Shown here piece by piece: positions 37,054-46,220 of a DNA stretch of 64,000 nt. Made by a program: the position numbers and the translations under genes. The notes beneath the pieces were generated by a model. It ran no database searches. It was not told where the DNA came from and saw nothing but the letters and a program-made list of their open reading frames with translations. Each line of letters opens with the position of its first letter. Within the stretch, counting starts at the first letter, position 1. Where the stretch lies: contig CAIQAL010000001.1 of assembly GCA_903869825.1 (NCBI GenBank), positions 7,185 through 71,184 of the forward strand, given 5' to 3'. This stretch comes from an uncultured bacterium. Lineage in GTDB: Bacteria > Patescibacteriota > Minisyncoccia > Phycocordibacterales > UBA9973.

Positions 37054-38364
37054 ATGGAGAGTATTTTAATAACTGCCTTTAATTTCATCATTAGTGTTAT
37101 CCTATGGCTTTCTCCGCTTATCGGGGCGCTACTTTTAGGTTGGGCTGCTTGGAATATCTGGCTTCATTATGTCCAGCAAAGTTTTATTTCTGGAATCGAT
37201 TATTGTCTTCTTGAAATAGTCCCGCCGAGAGATGTGCTAAGGTCCCCACGGGGAATGGAATTATTTTTTACTTCTGCCCTTTATCATAAAAGCAATAAGG
37301 GAGGGGTAGAAGAATATTGGCAAGGAGCGGTATGGTTCTGGTTTTCCCTTGAGATTGCTTCGATTGACGGGCAGGTTCATTTTTATGTTCGTACTCCGAC
37401 TCGGGTGAAGGGGTTAATTGAAACCCAGATGTATGCTCAGTACCCTCAAGCTCAGGTAAAAGAAGTTGAAGACTATACTTTAGCAATTGATGAAATTTCC
37501 GAAAACAGTGAATATAATCTTTGGGGATGTGAATTTAAATTAAATAAACCCGAATCGTTTCCACTTAAAACTTACGTGGATTTTGGTTTAGATAAAGATC
37601 CAAAGGAAGAATTTAAAGTTGATCCCATTTCTTCAATCATTGAGCTTTTCGGTTCAATTAAAAAGGGAGAACAAATGTGGATGCAAATTGTTGTTACTCC
37701 TGCCCGTCAAAAATATCATACGGAAGGAACTTTTTTTAAGCATCACGACTGGGTAATAGAGGCGGAAATATTGATTAAAAAACAATTGGCAGAATACACT
37801 CGGGAGCATCCGAAGGCAGATGGAACTTTCGCCAAAGAAATTCGGGCCCCGGCATACATGGATGCTGTAGTAAAAGGAGCAGGAGGAAAAATTTTAAAGC
37901 TTGGATTTGATACAGGAATCAGAGTATGTTATGTGGCAAAAAGAGACGTTTTTGATATGAGCAGTCGCAGAAATATGCGTTTGATGTTTCGCCAGTTTGC
38001 GAGTCCATTTCTAAATCAGCTTGATCGTTATAATTCAACTCAGGCAGATGCTTTCGGTGGAAACTTTTTCAAATCATTTTTCTTGATTTCACGCAAGACT
38101 GTTACTCGTCTAGCAAACAGAATGCTGGAAGAATACCGAGAACGGGCCTTTTTCTACTTACCTTTACGACACCATCTTTCTGGGTTTATTCCCTGGCCTC
38201 TTTCGCCATATATTTTTCCAAATTACTTTCATCATAAAACTTTTGTGTTAAATACCGAAGAACTTGCGACTCTGTGGCACTTTCCAGGTCAAATGCTCAA
38301 GGTTCCTACTTTGGAACGTATTGAATCAAAAGAAGCTTCTCCTCCGACAAATTTGCCGATGTAA
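37054..38364 (+). CDS. hypothetical membrane protein (N-terminal TM hairpin + large cytoplasmic domain)
   Basis: Two N-terminal TM helices (ITAFNFIISVILWLSPLIGALLLGWAAWNIWL); 436 aa; no family recognised. Confidence 0.3.
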   Translation: MESILITAFNFIISVILWLSPLIGALLLGWAAWNIWLHYVQQSFISGIDYCLLEIVPPRDVLRSPRGMELFFTSALYHKSNKGGVEEYWQGAVWFWFSLEIASIDGQVHFYVRTPTRVKGLIETQMYAQYPQAQVKEVEDYTLAIDEISENSEYNLWGCEFKLNKPESFPLKTYVDFGLDKDPKEEFKVDPISSIIELFGSIKKGEQMWMQIVVTPARQKYHTEGTFFKHHDWVIEAEILIKKQLAEYTREHPKADGTFAKEIRAPAYMDAVVKGAGGKILKLGFDTGIRVCYVAKRDVFDMSSRRNMRLMFRQFASPFLNQLDRYNSTQADAFGGNFFKSFFLISRKTVTRLANRMLEEYRERAFFYLPLRHHLSGFIPWPLSPYIFPNYFHHKTFVLNTEELATLWHFPGQMLKVPTLERIESKEASPPTNLPM

Positions 38365-38370
38365 TATTTT

Positions 38371-39309
38371 ATGGAAAACGAATTTATCTCAAACAACCAA
38401 GTTGTCTCTGGCGACTATCATGCTGGACCAAAATTTTTACTAAAGAGAATTATTTTTTTACTATTTGGTTTAGTAACGTTTCTAGTACTTTTTTATGTTT
38501 TGTTTTTTAGTGCACCAAATAATTTTCCTAAAGGGATAGTAATAAGTATCGGAAAAGGTGAAAACCTAAGGAATCTTTCTCTTGATTTAAAACAAAAAAA
38601 AGTAATTCGTTCCAGAATTTCTTTTGAAGCATTTGTTATTTTATTAGGTGGGGAAAGACACATAGCGGAAGGAGATTATTTACTTGAAAATAAGTTGCCA
38701 GTTTTTGAAATGGCCAGACGCATAGTAAACAAAGATCGACACCTAGCCTCGATAAAGGTTACTATCCCTGAAGGTTTTGACAATATTCAAATTGCGGATA
38801 CTTTTGCGATTTCTTTAAAGAATTTTAATAAAGATAAGTTTCTAGGGAAAGCAAAAATAGGTTATCTTTTCCCAGACACTTATTTTTTCTTTTCTACTGA
38901 TGATGAAAGGGATGTCTTAGAGTACATGAACCAAAATTTTAATAAAAAATTAAAGCCATATATATCCGAAATTGTTTCTTCCGGAAAAAGTGAGAACGAA
39001 ATAATTGCAATGGCTTCTCTAATAGAGAAGGAAGCAAAAGGAAATGCGGATCGAGAAAATATTTCCGGAATTTTGTGGAATAGATTAGCGAAAAAGATGC
39101 CTTTGCAAGTTGATTCAGCTCCTGAGACGTATAAGGCTAGAGGGTTGCCTGAAAATCCGATTAGTAACCCTGGGCTATCTTCTATTATTGCTGCGATTCA
39201 TCCTTCTATTTCTAATTATTTATATTATTTACATGACAAAAATGGCTTGATTCACTATGCAAAGACTTTTGAGGAACATAAAATTAATAAAGCGAAATAC
39301 TTAAAGTAA
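38371..39309 (+). CDS. mltG: endolytic murein transglycosylase MltG (YceG-like)
   Basis: N-terminal TM; C-terminal ...RGLPENPISNPGLSSIIAAIHP...YLYYLHDKNGLIHYAKTFEEH matches the MltG signature. Confidence 0.8.
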   Translation: MENEFISNNQVVSGDYHAGPKFLLKRIIFLLFGLVTFLVLFYVLFFSAPNNFPKGIVISIGKGENLRNLSLDLKQKKVIRSRISFEAFVILLGGERHIAEGDYLLENKLPVFEMARRIVNKDRHLASIKVTIPEGFDNIQIADTFAISLKNFNKDKFLGKAKIGYLFPDTYFFFSTDDERDVLEYMNQNFNKKLKPYISEIVSSGKSENEIIAMASLIEKEAKGNADRENISGILWNRLAKKMPLQVDSAPETYKARGLPENPISNPGLSSIIAAIHPSISNYLYYLHDKNGLIHYAKTFEEHKINKAKYLK

Positions 39310-39317
39310 TTAAGAAT

Positions 39318-39845
39318 ATGAGAAAACACAATTTAGCTTTTATTGATATGGAAATGACTGGTCTGAATGTTATTAAACACGAAATTATTGAAATCGGTTG
39401 TGTTGTTACAGATTTATCTTTCAAAGTAATTGAGGAATTCGAGCTTAAAATAAAACCTGAGCGAATTGAACTGGCAGATCCTGTGGCACTCAAAATAAAT
39501 CATTATAACAAAAACGATTGGGAAGAAGCTTATGAAACAAAAGAAGCTTTAGAAGTTTTTACTAAGAAAGTTAAAGGTTGTATTATGGTTGGTCAAAATG
39601 TTGCCTTTGATTCAGGTTTTTTAGAGTACAACTTAGCAAAGTACAAATTGACAAATACGATGCATTATCATCGTTTAGATACCATCTCAATCGCTTGGGC
39701 AAAGTTGAATAGAAAAACGGATATTGATCATTATTCCTTACGAGAGCTGTGCAAATATTTTGGTATTACAAACATAAATCCTCACAGTGCTCTTTCTGAT
39801 GCTCGAGCTACGTTTGAACTTTATAAAAAACTTATGGATTTATAA
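39318..39845 (+). CDS. DEDDh 3'-5' exonuclease (DnaQ/oligoribonuclease-like)
   Basis: AFIDMEMTGLN (Exo I) ... HSALSDARAT (Exo III); 175 aa. Confidence 0.7.
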   Translation: MRKHNLAFIDMEMTGLNVIKHEIIEIGCVVTDLSFKVIEEFELKIKPERIELADPVALKINHYNKNDWEEAYETKEALEVFTKKVKGCIMVGQNVAFDSGFLEYNLAKYKLTNTMHYHRLDTISIAWAKLNRKTDIDHYSLRELCKYFGITNINPHSALSDARATFELYKKLMDL

Positions 39846-39850
39846 AACAG

Positions 39851-39890
39851 AAAAAAAAAGAACTCCGACAAATATGTCGGAGTTCTTTTG
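39851..39890. terminator. bidirectional rho-independent terminator (12-bp perfect stem)
   Basis: AAAAAAAAAGAACTCCGACAAATATGTCGGAGTTCTTTTG. Confidence 0.6.
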
Positions 39891-39910
39891 AAGTTAGTTT
39901 ACTTTTCTGA

Positions 39911-40306
39911 TTAATTAGGCGTAGTACTCGGGGTAGGGGTTGATGGTGTCGGAGAATAAACCATTTTTGAGTTCGGGCCATATTCGTTATCCCCAGGAGT
40001 GCTATCGGTGGCGGCAAGAATGATGAACCAAATAAATCCAGCGATAGGAATTAAATTTATTAAAACCATCCAGCCGCTTTTTCCAATGTCGTGCATTCTT
40101 CTGACTGAGACAGCGATGCTAGGGATTAATGTTGCTAAAGCATATATTATGGTAATAAAGTTAAAAACAGAACTTACTTTCGAAATAAGGATATTTAAAA
40201 TTATACTTATAATCAAGTTAAACAATAAAAAATACCAATATTCCGATCTTCTTGATCTCCCGCTAAACACTGCATACTTTTTTAAAACATCTAGATAATA
40301 GTGCAT
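39911..40306 (-). CDS. DUF805 (YhaH-like) inner-membrane protein
   Basis: GRSRRSEYWYFLLF...SVRRMHDIGKSGWMVL signature; C-terminal Pro/Ser/Thr-rich tail. Confidence 0.75.
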   Translation of the reverse strand: MHYYLDVLKKYAVFSGRSRRSEYWYFLLFNLIISIILNILISKVSSVFNFITIIYALATLIPSIAVSVRRMHDIGKSGWMVLINLIPIAGFIWFIILAATDSTPGDNEYGPNSKMVYSPTPSTPTPSTTPN

Positions 40307-40356
40307 AGATTTTAACTTAATTTACAAATGTTGATAATATAGTTATTATAACAATA

Positions 40357-41418
40357 ATGGTCAAGAATAAAAAGATAAAAAATGTATTTGTGGGAATGTC
40401 TGGGGGAGTTGACTCTTCTGTGTCTGCTGCCTTGCTCAAAGACCAAGGGTATGATGTCGTTGGGGTCTTTATTCGAACTTGGCATCCAGACTTCATAACG
40501 TGTAACGAAGAGGGAGAGCGAATGGATGCGATGAGGGTTGCAACGCACTTAGATATTCCTTTTTTAACCTTCGATTTAGAAGAAGTATACAAAAAAGAAG
40601 TGGCAGATTATATGATTAGAGAGTACAAAGCTGGACGGACACCAAATCCGGATGTAATGTGTAATAAAGAAGTAAAATTTGGAGCTTTCCTGAAGAAATC
40701 ACTCAATATTGGAGCAGATTTTGTTGCTACTGGACATTATGCACAAAATAAAAAGGGGGCATTATTAAAAGGGGTTGATCCTTCCAAAGACCAAAGTTAT
40801 TTTCTTTGGACCCTTGAACAAAAACAACTTTCAAAAATTATTTTTCCGGTTGGTCATTTGAAAAAAATCGAAGTAAGAAAACTTGCAAAAAAATATAAAT
40901 TACCGGTGGCAGAGAAAAAAGACAGCCAGGGAATTTGTTTTTTGGGAGCGGTTGATTTGAAAGAATTTTTAAAACATTATATTAAAGAAAAAAAAGGCCA
41001 AGTGAAAAATGAAAAAGGGCAGACAGTTGGATTTCACTATGGAGTATTTTTTCATACCTTGGGTGAAAGACATGGATTTACCATTACCAAGAAAAGTCCG
41101 AATGATCGGCCATATTACATTGTCGGAAAAGATGTAAAGAAAAATATTTTATATGTGTCACAAGATGTAAAGGAAATGCTTTCTAACTTTTCGCACTCGA
41201 ATTTTTTAAGTGAGGTAAATTGGATTTTCAAAGTTCCTGAACCAAATAAAAATTATACTTGCCAAATTCGTTATCATGGAGAATTTTTCTCATGTAAGAT
41301 CAAAACAAAAAATAAAATTACTGAAGTAATTTTTAATAAACCAGTTTTAGTTGCCCCTGGTCAATCGATCGTCGTTTACGATAAAGATGTTTGTCTTGGC
41401 GGTGGCGTTGTTGTATAA
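40357..41418 (+). CDS. mnmA: tRNA 2-thiouridine(34) synthase MnmA
   Basis: VFVGMSGGVDSSVSAALL PP-loop; catalytic Cys region; 353 aa. Confidence 0.9.
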   Translation: MVKNKKIKNVFVGMSGGVDSSVSAALLKDQGYDVVGVFIRTWHPDFITCNEEGERMDAMRVATHLDIPFLTFDLEEVYKKEVADYMIREYKAGRTPNPDVMCNKEVKFGAFLKKSLNIGADFVATGHYAQNKKGALLKGVDPSKDQSYFLWTLEQKQLSKIIFPVGHLKKIEVRKLAKKYKLPVAEKKDSQGICFLGAVDLKEFLKHYIKEKKGQVKNEKGQTVGFHYGVFFHTLGERHGFTITKKSPNDRPYYIVGKDVKKNILYVSQDVKEMLSNFSHSNFLSEVNWIFKVPEPNKNYTCQIRYHGEFFSCKIKTKNKITEVIFNKPVLVAPGQSIVVYDKDVCLGGGVVV

Positions 41419-41426
41419 TAAAGTCT

Positions 41427-41906
41427 ATGACACAATATTTTTTGCAGAATGGTGAAGTTATTTTAAAATTAATATTAGCAGTTTTTCTGGGAATGCTTAT
41501 CGGAGCTGAACGATATTTGGTTCACAAAGAAGCTGGTCTTAAGACACACTCTTTGGTTTCAATGGGCTCCGCACTTTTTATAATTATTTCTGAAATGATG
41601 GTTTTAAAATATGCGAGCATCGGTGGTTTTGATCCAATGCGTATGGCATCACAGATTGTTGTTGGGATAGGATTTCTTGGTGCCGGTACGATCATGCTGA
41701 CCGGATCACGACTCCGGGGATTAACTACTGCAAGTGGACTCTGGGTAACTGCTGGGATAGGGATGGCTGCTGGTTTTGGACTTTCTTCTTTGGCAATTAT
41801 TTCCACGGTTTTGGTTTTACTTATTTTAGTTTTAATGAATATTTTTGAAAAACCACTTCTTAAGATTTCTGAGACTAAGTCTCTGGAAGAGAGTGAAGTT
41901 AAATAA
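41427..41906 (+). CDS. mgtC: MgtC/SapB family membrane protein
   Basis: LKLILAVFLGMLIGAERYLVHKEAGLKTHSLVSMGSALF signature. Start taken at ATG 41427 (MTQYF). Confidence 0.75.
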   Translation: MTQYFLQNGEVILKLILAVFLGMLIGAERYLVHKEAGLKTHSLVSMGSALFIIISEMMVLKYASIGGFDPMRMASQIVVGIGFLGAGTIMLTGSRLRGLTTASGLWVTAGIGMAAGFGLSSLAIISTVLVLLILVLMNIFEKPLLKISETKSLEESEVK

Positions 41907-41911
41907 AAGTT

Positions 41912-43762
41912 ATGAATTCAAGTGAAATTAGAACAAGATTTTTAAAATTTTTTGAAAACCGGGGACATGCTTTTGTCCCTTCTGCTTCGTTAGTGACTAC
42001 CAATGAAGCGGGGGCGCTCGATGCGACTTTATTTAATACGGCTGGAATGCAACCTTTTATTCCGTATCTTTTAGGAGAACCTCATCCAAAAGGAATGCGT
42101 TTGGTAAATGTGCAAAAATGTTTGAGAACAATCGACCTCTCGGAAGTTGGAGACACTACCCATAATACTTTTTTTGAAATGATGGGTAATTGGTCCTTGG
42201 GAGATTATTTTAAAAAAGATGCGATTACTTGGAGTTACGAATTCCTTACATCAAAAGAAGAAGGGCTTGGACTTAATGTGTCTCGTTTGTATGTGACTGT
42301 TTTTGATGGTAATGAAAAAATAGAACGTGACACTGAATCAGTAAAAATTTGGAAATCTCTTGGATTAGCGGAAAACCGTATTTATTACAAAAATTCAAAA
42401 TCAAATTGGTGGAGTGCAGGGCTGAACTCTCCGGCTGGTCCAAGCACCGAAATGTTTTATGATATTACTGGAGAGTTAGGAGATTTGACTCCAGAGGAAT
42501 TTGAAAAATATGAAAATGAACAAAAGATTGTAGAAATTTGGAATGATGTATTTATGACCTACAAACTTGTAAATGGTGAAATTATTGGAGAACTTCCTCA
42601 AAAAAACATTGATACAGGGGCAGGCCTTGAACGGATAACAACAATGGTACAAGGGAAAAAAAGTGTTTATGAGACGGATTTATTTTTACCTATTATCAAA
42701 AAAATTGAAGAATTATCTGGACTTTCATATGGAGATAAATCTGACGACGAATATATAAAGAGTGGCGATAAATGTTTCTCTGACACAAGGAAATACATAA
42801 GAATTGTTGCAGATCATGTTCGTACTGCGGTATTTATCATTGCAGATGGAGTAGTGCCGTCTAATACAGGAAGAGGATATATCCTTCGTCGAATTATTCG
42901 CCGAGCGATAAGATATTCTGATTTAATTTCACTCAAAAAAGGCTCTCTTCTTACTCTTGCTGAAATTGTAATAGAAGAGTATAAAAATATTTATCCAGAA
43001 CTTTTAAAAAATATTGATATTATAAAAAAGGAAATTGAAACAGAAGAGAACAAATTCCGAGATAATCTTGAAAGGGGACTAAAAGAATTTGAAAAATTCT
43101 TAATTAAAGGTCAGACATTAACGGGACATGATGCTTTTATTTTTTTCTCGTCATATGGTCTTCCCTTAGAACTAACGATTGAAGTTGCTAAAGAAAAAGG
43201 AGTAATAATGACAAAAACCATAGACGAAGAATTTAATGCAGAACTAGAACAACATCAAAAACTTTCACAGACTGCCTCTGCTGGAATGTTTAAGGGTGGA
43301 CTTGCGAACAATAATGAACAAACGACCAGGTTGCATACCGCGCATCATTTGCTTTTGGCGGGACTTCAAGCGGTCGTTGGTCCGGAAGTAAAACAAAAAG
43401 GAAGTAACATTACGGAAGAACGTTTGAGGATGGATTTTATTTGCGACCACAAACTCACAGATGAAGAAAAAAGTGAAGTGGAAATTTGGGTAAACAAAAA
43501 AATAAAAGAAAACCTGGAAGTGATTTGTAAAGAGATGCCCAAAGACGAAGCGGAAAAAATTGGAGCTGAAATGGAATTCGGAATGAAATATCCAAAAAAA
43601 GTAAAAGTATATTTTATTTTAAATAAAAATGGTAATTCTATTTCCAAAGAATTTTGTGGAGGACCACACGTTCTAAATACCGGCGAACTTGGCACTTTTA
43701 AAATCTTGAAAGAAGAAGCCGTTTCTTCTGGAGTAAGGCGTATAAAAGCCGTTCTTCTTTAG
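41912..43762 (+). CDS. alaS: alanine--tRNA ligase (short form: catalytic + editing domains, no C-Ala domain)
   Basis: N-terminal LVTTNEAGALDATLFNTAGMQPF...HNTFFEMMGNWSLGDYFK. Editing-domain TAHHLLLAGL and CGGPHV motifs. Ends at 616 aa. Confidence 0.85.
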   Translation: MNSSEIRTRFLKFFENRGHAFVPSASLVTTNEAGALDATLFNTAGMQPFIPYLLGEPHPKGMRLVNVQKCLRTIDLSEVGDTTHNTFFEMMGNWSLGDYFKKDAITWSYEFLTSKEEGLGLNVSRLYVTVFDGNEKIERDTESVKIWKSLGLAENRIYYKNSKSNWWSAGLNSPAGPSTEMFYDITGELGDLTPEEFEKYENEQKIVEIWNDVFMTYKLVNGEIIGELPQKNIDTGAGLERITTMVQGKKSVYETDLFLPIIKKIEELSGLSYGDKSDDEYIKSGDKCFSDTRKYIRIVADHVRTAVFIIADGVVPSNTGRGYILRRIIRRAIRYSDLISLKKGSLLTLAEIVIEEYKNIYPELLKNIDIIKKEIETEENKFRDNLERGLKEFEKFLIKGQTLTGHDAFIFFSSYGLPLELTIEVAKEKGVIMTKTIDEEFNAELEQHQKLSQTASAGMFKGGLANNNEQTTRLHTAHHLLLAGLQAVVGPEVKQKGSNITEERLRMDFICDHKLTDEEKSEVEIWVNKKIKENLEVICKEMPKDEAEKIGAEMEFGMKYPKKVKVYFILNKNGNSISKEFCGGPHVLNTGELGTFKILKEEAVSSGVRRIKAVLL

Positions 43763-43787
43763 TAGCTCACTGTGGTATAATTATAAA

Positions 43788-44960
43788 ATGAGTATTTTAG
43801 GAAGTACGAAAAATACAAATGAAATAACGCTGGTTTTTGATATCGGATCCTCTTCGGTTGGAGGAGCGATATTTTATATGCGGAGCGAAGGAGAACCTGA
43901 AATGATTTATTCTTACCGGGAATCAATTCCACTTGAAAGGAAATTGAGTTTTGAGAAATTTTTTGATTTAACTTTAAAATCTCTTGAGACTGTTGCTCAA
44001 AAAATTAGTTTGTCTGGTGTCGGTGCTCCAAAAAAGATTTTTTGTGTTCTTTCATCCCCTTGGTATGCTTCTCAAACTCGAAGTATTGTTCTAAAAAAAA
44101 ATATTCCCTTTGTCTTTGATCAAAAGTTAGCCGACGATTTGATTCAAAAAGAAATTTTGGCTTTTACCGAAGAGTGCCAAAACAAGTACTCGAACATAGA
44201 GAAGATTTCTCCGATTGAGTTAAAAAATATGTTGATTACTTTAAATGGCTATCCAACTGAAAAACCCTTGGATCAAAAAACAACCGAACTTGAAATGAAG
44301 ATTTTTGTTTCAATGACCGGTGAAAAAGTGCTTTCTCAAATAAAAGAGGCAATCGGGAAACATTTTTATTCAAAAAATATAAGATTTTCATCTTTTGTTA
44401 TGGCCTCTTTTGCGGTTGCTCGCGATACATTTTCACATCAAGATAATTTTTTGCTAATTGATATCGGGGGAGAAGTCACAGACATTTCAATGATAAAAAA
44501 AGATATTTTATCTTCATCCATTTCTTTTCCGTTAGGTAAAAACTTTTTAATTCGAGAAGTAGCTGGAATTCTGGATTGCCATTTAGATGAAGCAAAATCT
44601 TACATTTCTTTATATAAGGACGGACACATCGGAGATGAGAGCTTAAAAAAAATAGAACCGATAATAAACAAATTAAAATTAGAATGGCTTACAAAATTTC
44701 AAGAATGTTTGGTTAATCTTTCGAATGATATTTCTATCCCATCCACGATTTTTTTGACGGTAGATGAAAAATTGTCCGAATTTTTTACCGAAACAATAAA
44801 GTCCGAACAATTTAATCAATATACTTTGACCGAATCAAAGTTCAACGTAATATATCTAGGACCGGAGGCATTTGGAAGTGCTATTGTGTTTCGAGAAAAC
44901 GTAGAGAGAGACGCATTTTTAATCATTGATTCGATATATATTAATCGATTTTTGAAATAA
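43788..44960 (+). CDS. actin-fold (ASKHA) ATPase, FtsA/PilM-like
   Basis: Phosphate-1 ITLVFDIGSSSVGGAIF and phosphate-2 LLIDIGGEVTDISMI motifs; 390 aa. Confidence 0.4.
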   Translation: MSILGSTKNTNEITLVFDIGSSSVGGAIFYMRSEGEPEMIYSYRESIPLERKLSFEKFFDLTLKSLETVAQKISLSGVGAPKKIFCVLSSPWYASQTRSIVLKKNIPFVFDQKLADDLIQKEILAFTEECQNKYSNIEKISPIELKNMLITLNGYPTEKPLDQKTTELEMKIFVSMTGEKVLSQIKEAIGKHFYSKNIRFSSFVMASFAVARDTFSHQDNFLLIDIGGEVTDISMIKKDILSSSISFPLGKNFLIREVAGILDCHLDEAKSYISLYKDGHIGDESLKKIEPIINKLKLEWLTKFQECLVNLSNDISIPSTIFLTVDEKLSEFFTETIKSEQFNQYTLTESKFNVIYLGPEAFGSAIVFRENVERDAFLIIDSIYINRFLK

Positions 44961-44965
44961 AAAAT

Positions 44966-46213
44966 ATGGCTCAAAAAATTCTACAAGATATGAATATCAA
45001 AAAACCCAAAGCGGTTCTTTCACCTGCCAAGGTTGTCGATGTTCCGAGAGAAACTGAAATCAGAAATGTTCCAAGAAGTAATTCAAGATATACCCTTTGG
45101 ATTATTGCTCTAATTTCCGTTGTGTTTCTGTTTTTTGGGATATCTTCAATTTTTGCCAATGCTAAAGTGACAATTAACCCTAAATCAAAAGATTTTATCC
45201 TGAATCAAAATCTGTCCGCTACCAAAGATGCTAATTCCGGAATGTCTTATCATCTTGTTGGTCCTCTCACTGGAGAGGAATCAAAGCAAGTGGCTGCGGG
45301 AGAAGAGAAAAATTATTCTGTAGCTGCTACTGGAAATGTTTTGATTTACAATGCTTTTAGCTCTAGTTCTCAAATTTTAGCCAAAAATTCAAAGCTGGAA
45401 GGCTCAAATGGTAAAATTTATCAAACCACGGAGGAGATAACCATTCCAGGAGCTGCAAAAGACGGTACTCCCGGGAAAATCAGCATTGGGATATCGGCAA
45501 CTATCCCGGGAGAGGAATTCAACAGTGCTCCACTTGATTTCAAAATTGTTGGGTTCAAAGGTACAAAAAAATATTCTAAATTCTACGGAAGGTCCGTAGG
45601 GGAGATTGCTGGTGGTTTAATTGGAAAATCTCGTCAAGTAAGCGAAGCAGATAAAGTCCAGGTTATTACTGAGTTGACAAGTGCTTTGAAAAACAAACTT
45701 TATAAAAATGCGAAAGATCAGACTCCGGCAGAATTTATCTTGTTCCCGGATGCAGATTATTTGACGGTGGACGATCAAATCATTGGGACGGTTGGAGAAA
45801 ATGGAAGTGCAACAATTAGCATCAAAGGAACATATTATGGTTTTGTTTTTAACCGACAAGAGTTGTCAAAAAAAATAACCGATACGGTGTTGGATGATAC
45901 AGAAAAAAATGATAGTGTTTATATCCCGAATCTTCCCGATGCAAAAATTACGCTAACTGATAAAACTCAAGCATTGTTTACCGATGCAATGGAAATTTCT
46001 TTCAACTTATCCGGTTCGGTAAAGGTTGTTTGGAAAGTTGATGCTGATAAAGTCTTAGCAGATATTTTGGGCAAAAATAAATCTGATTTTAATGATATTC
46101 TGAGGGGGTATACCAATATCGAATCTGCCAATCTTTCTATCAAACCCGTTTGGAAATCGTCTTTCCCAGACAAAAGTAATAATATAAAAGTTATTGTAAA
46201 TTATCAGCAATAA
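44966..46213 (+). CDS. bitopic membrane protein (short cytoplasmic N-terminus, one TM, large extracytoplasmic domain), hypothetical
   Basis: TM YTLWIIALISVVFLFFGISSIF at residues ~42-63; 415 aa; starts 5 nt after the ASKHA ATPase gene. Confidence 0.3.
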   Translation: MAQKILQDMNIKKPKAVLSPAKVVDVPRETEIRNVPRSNSRYTLWIIALISVVFLFFGISSIFANAKVTINPKSKDFILNQNLSATKDANSGMSYHLVGPLTGEESKQVAAGEEKNYSVAATGNVLIYNAFSSSSQILAKNSKLEGSNGKIYQTTEEITIPGAAKDGTPGKISIGISATIPGEEFNSAPLDFKIVGFKGTKKYSKFYGRSVGEIAGGLIGKSRQVSEADKVQVITELTSALKNKLYKNAKDQTPAEFILFPDADYLTVDDQIIGTVGENGSATISIKGTYYGFVFNRQELSKKITDTVLDDTEKNDSVYIPNLPDAKITLTDKTQALFTDAMEISFNLSGSVKVVWKVDADKVLADILGKNKSDFNDILRGYTNIESANLSIKPVWKSSFPDKSNNIKVIVNYQQ

Positions 46214-46220
46214 ATTTTCT

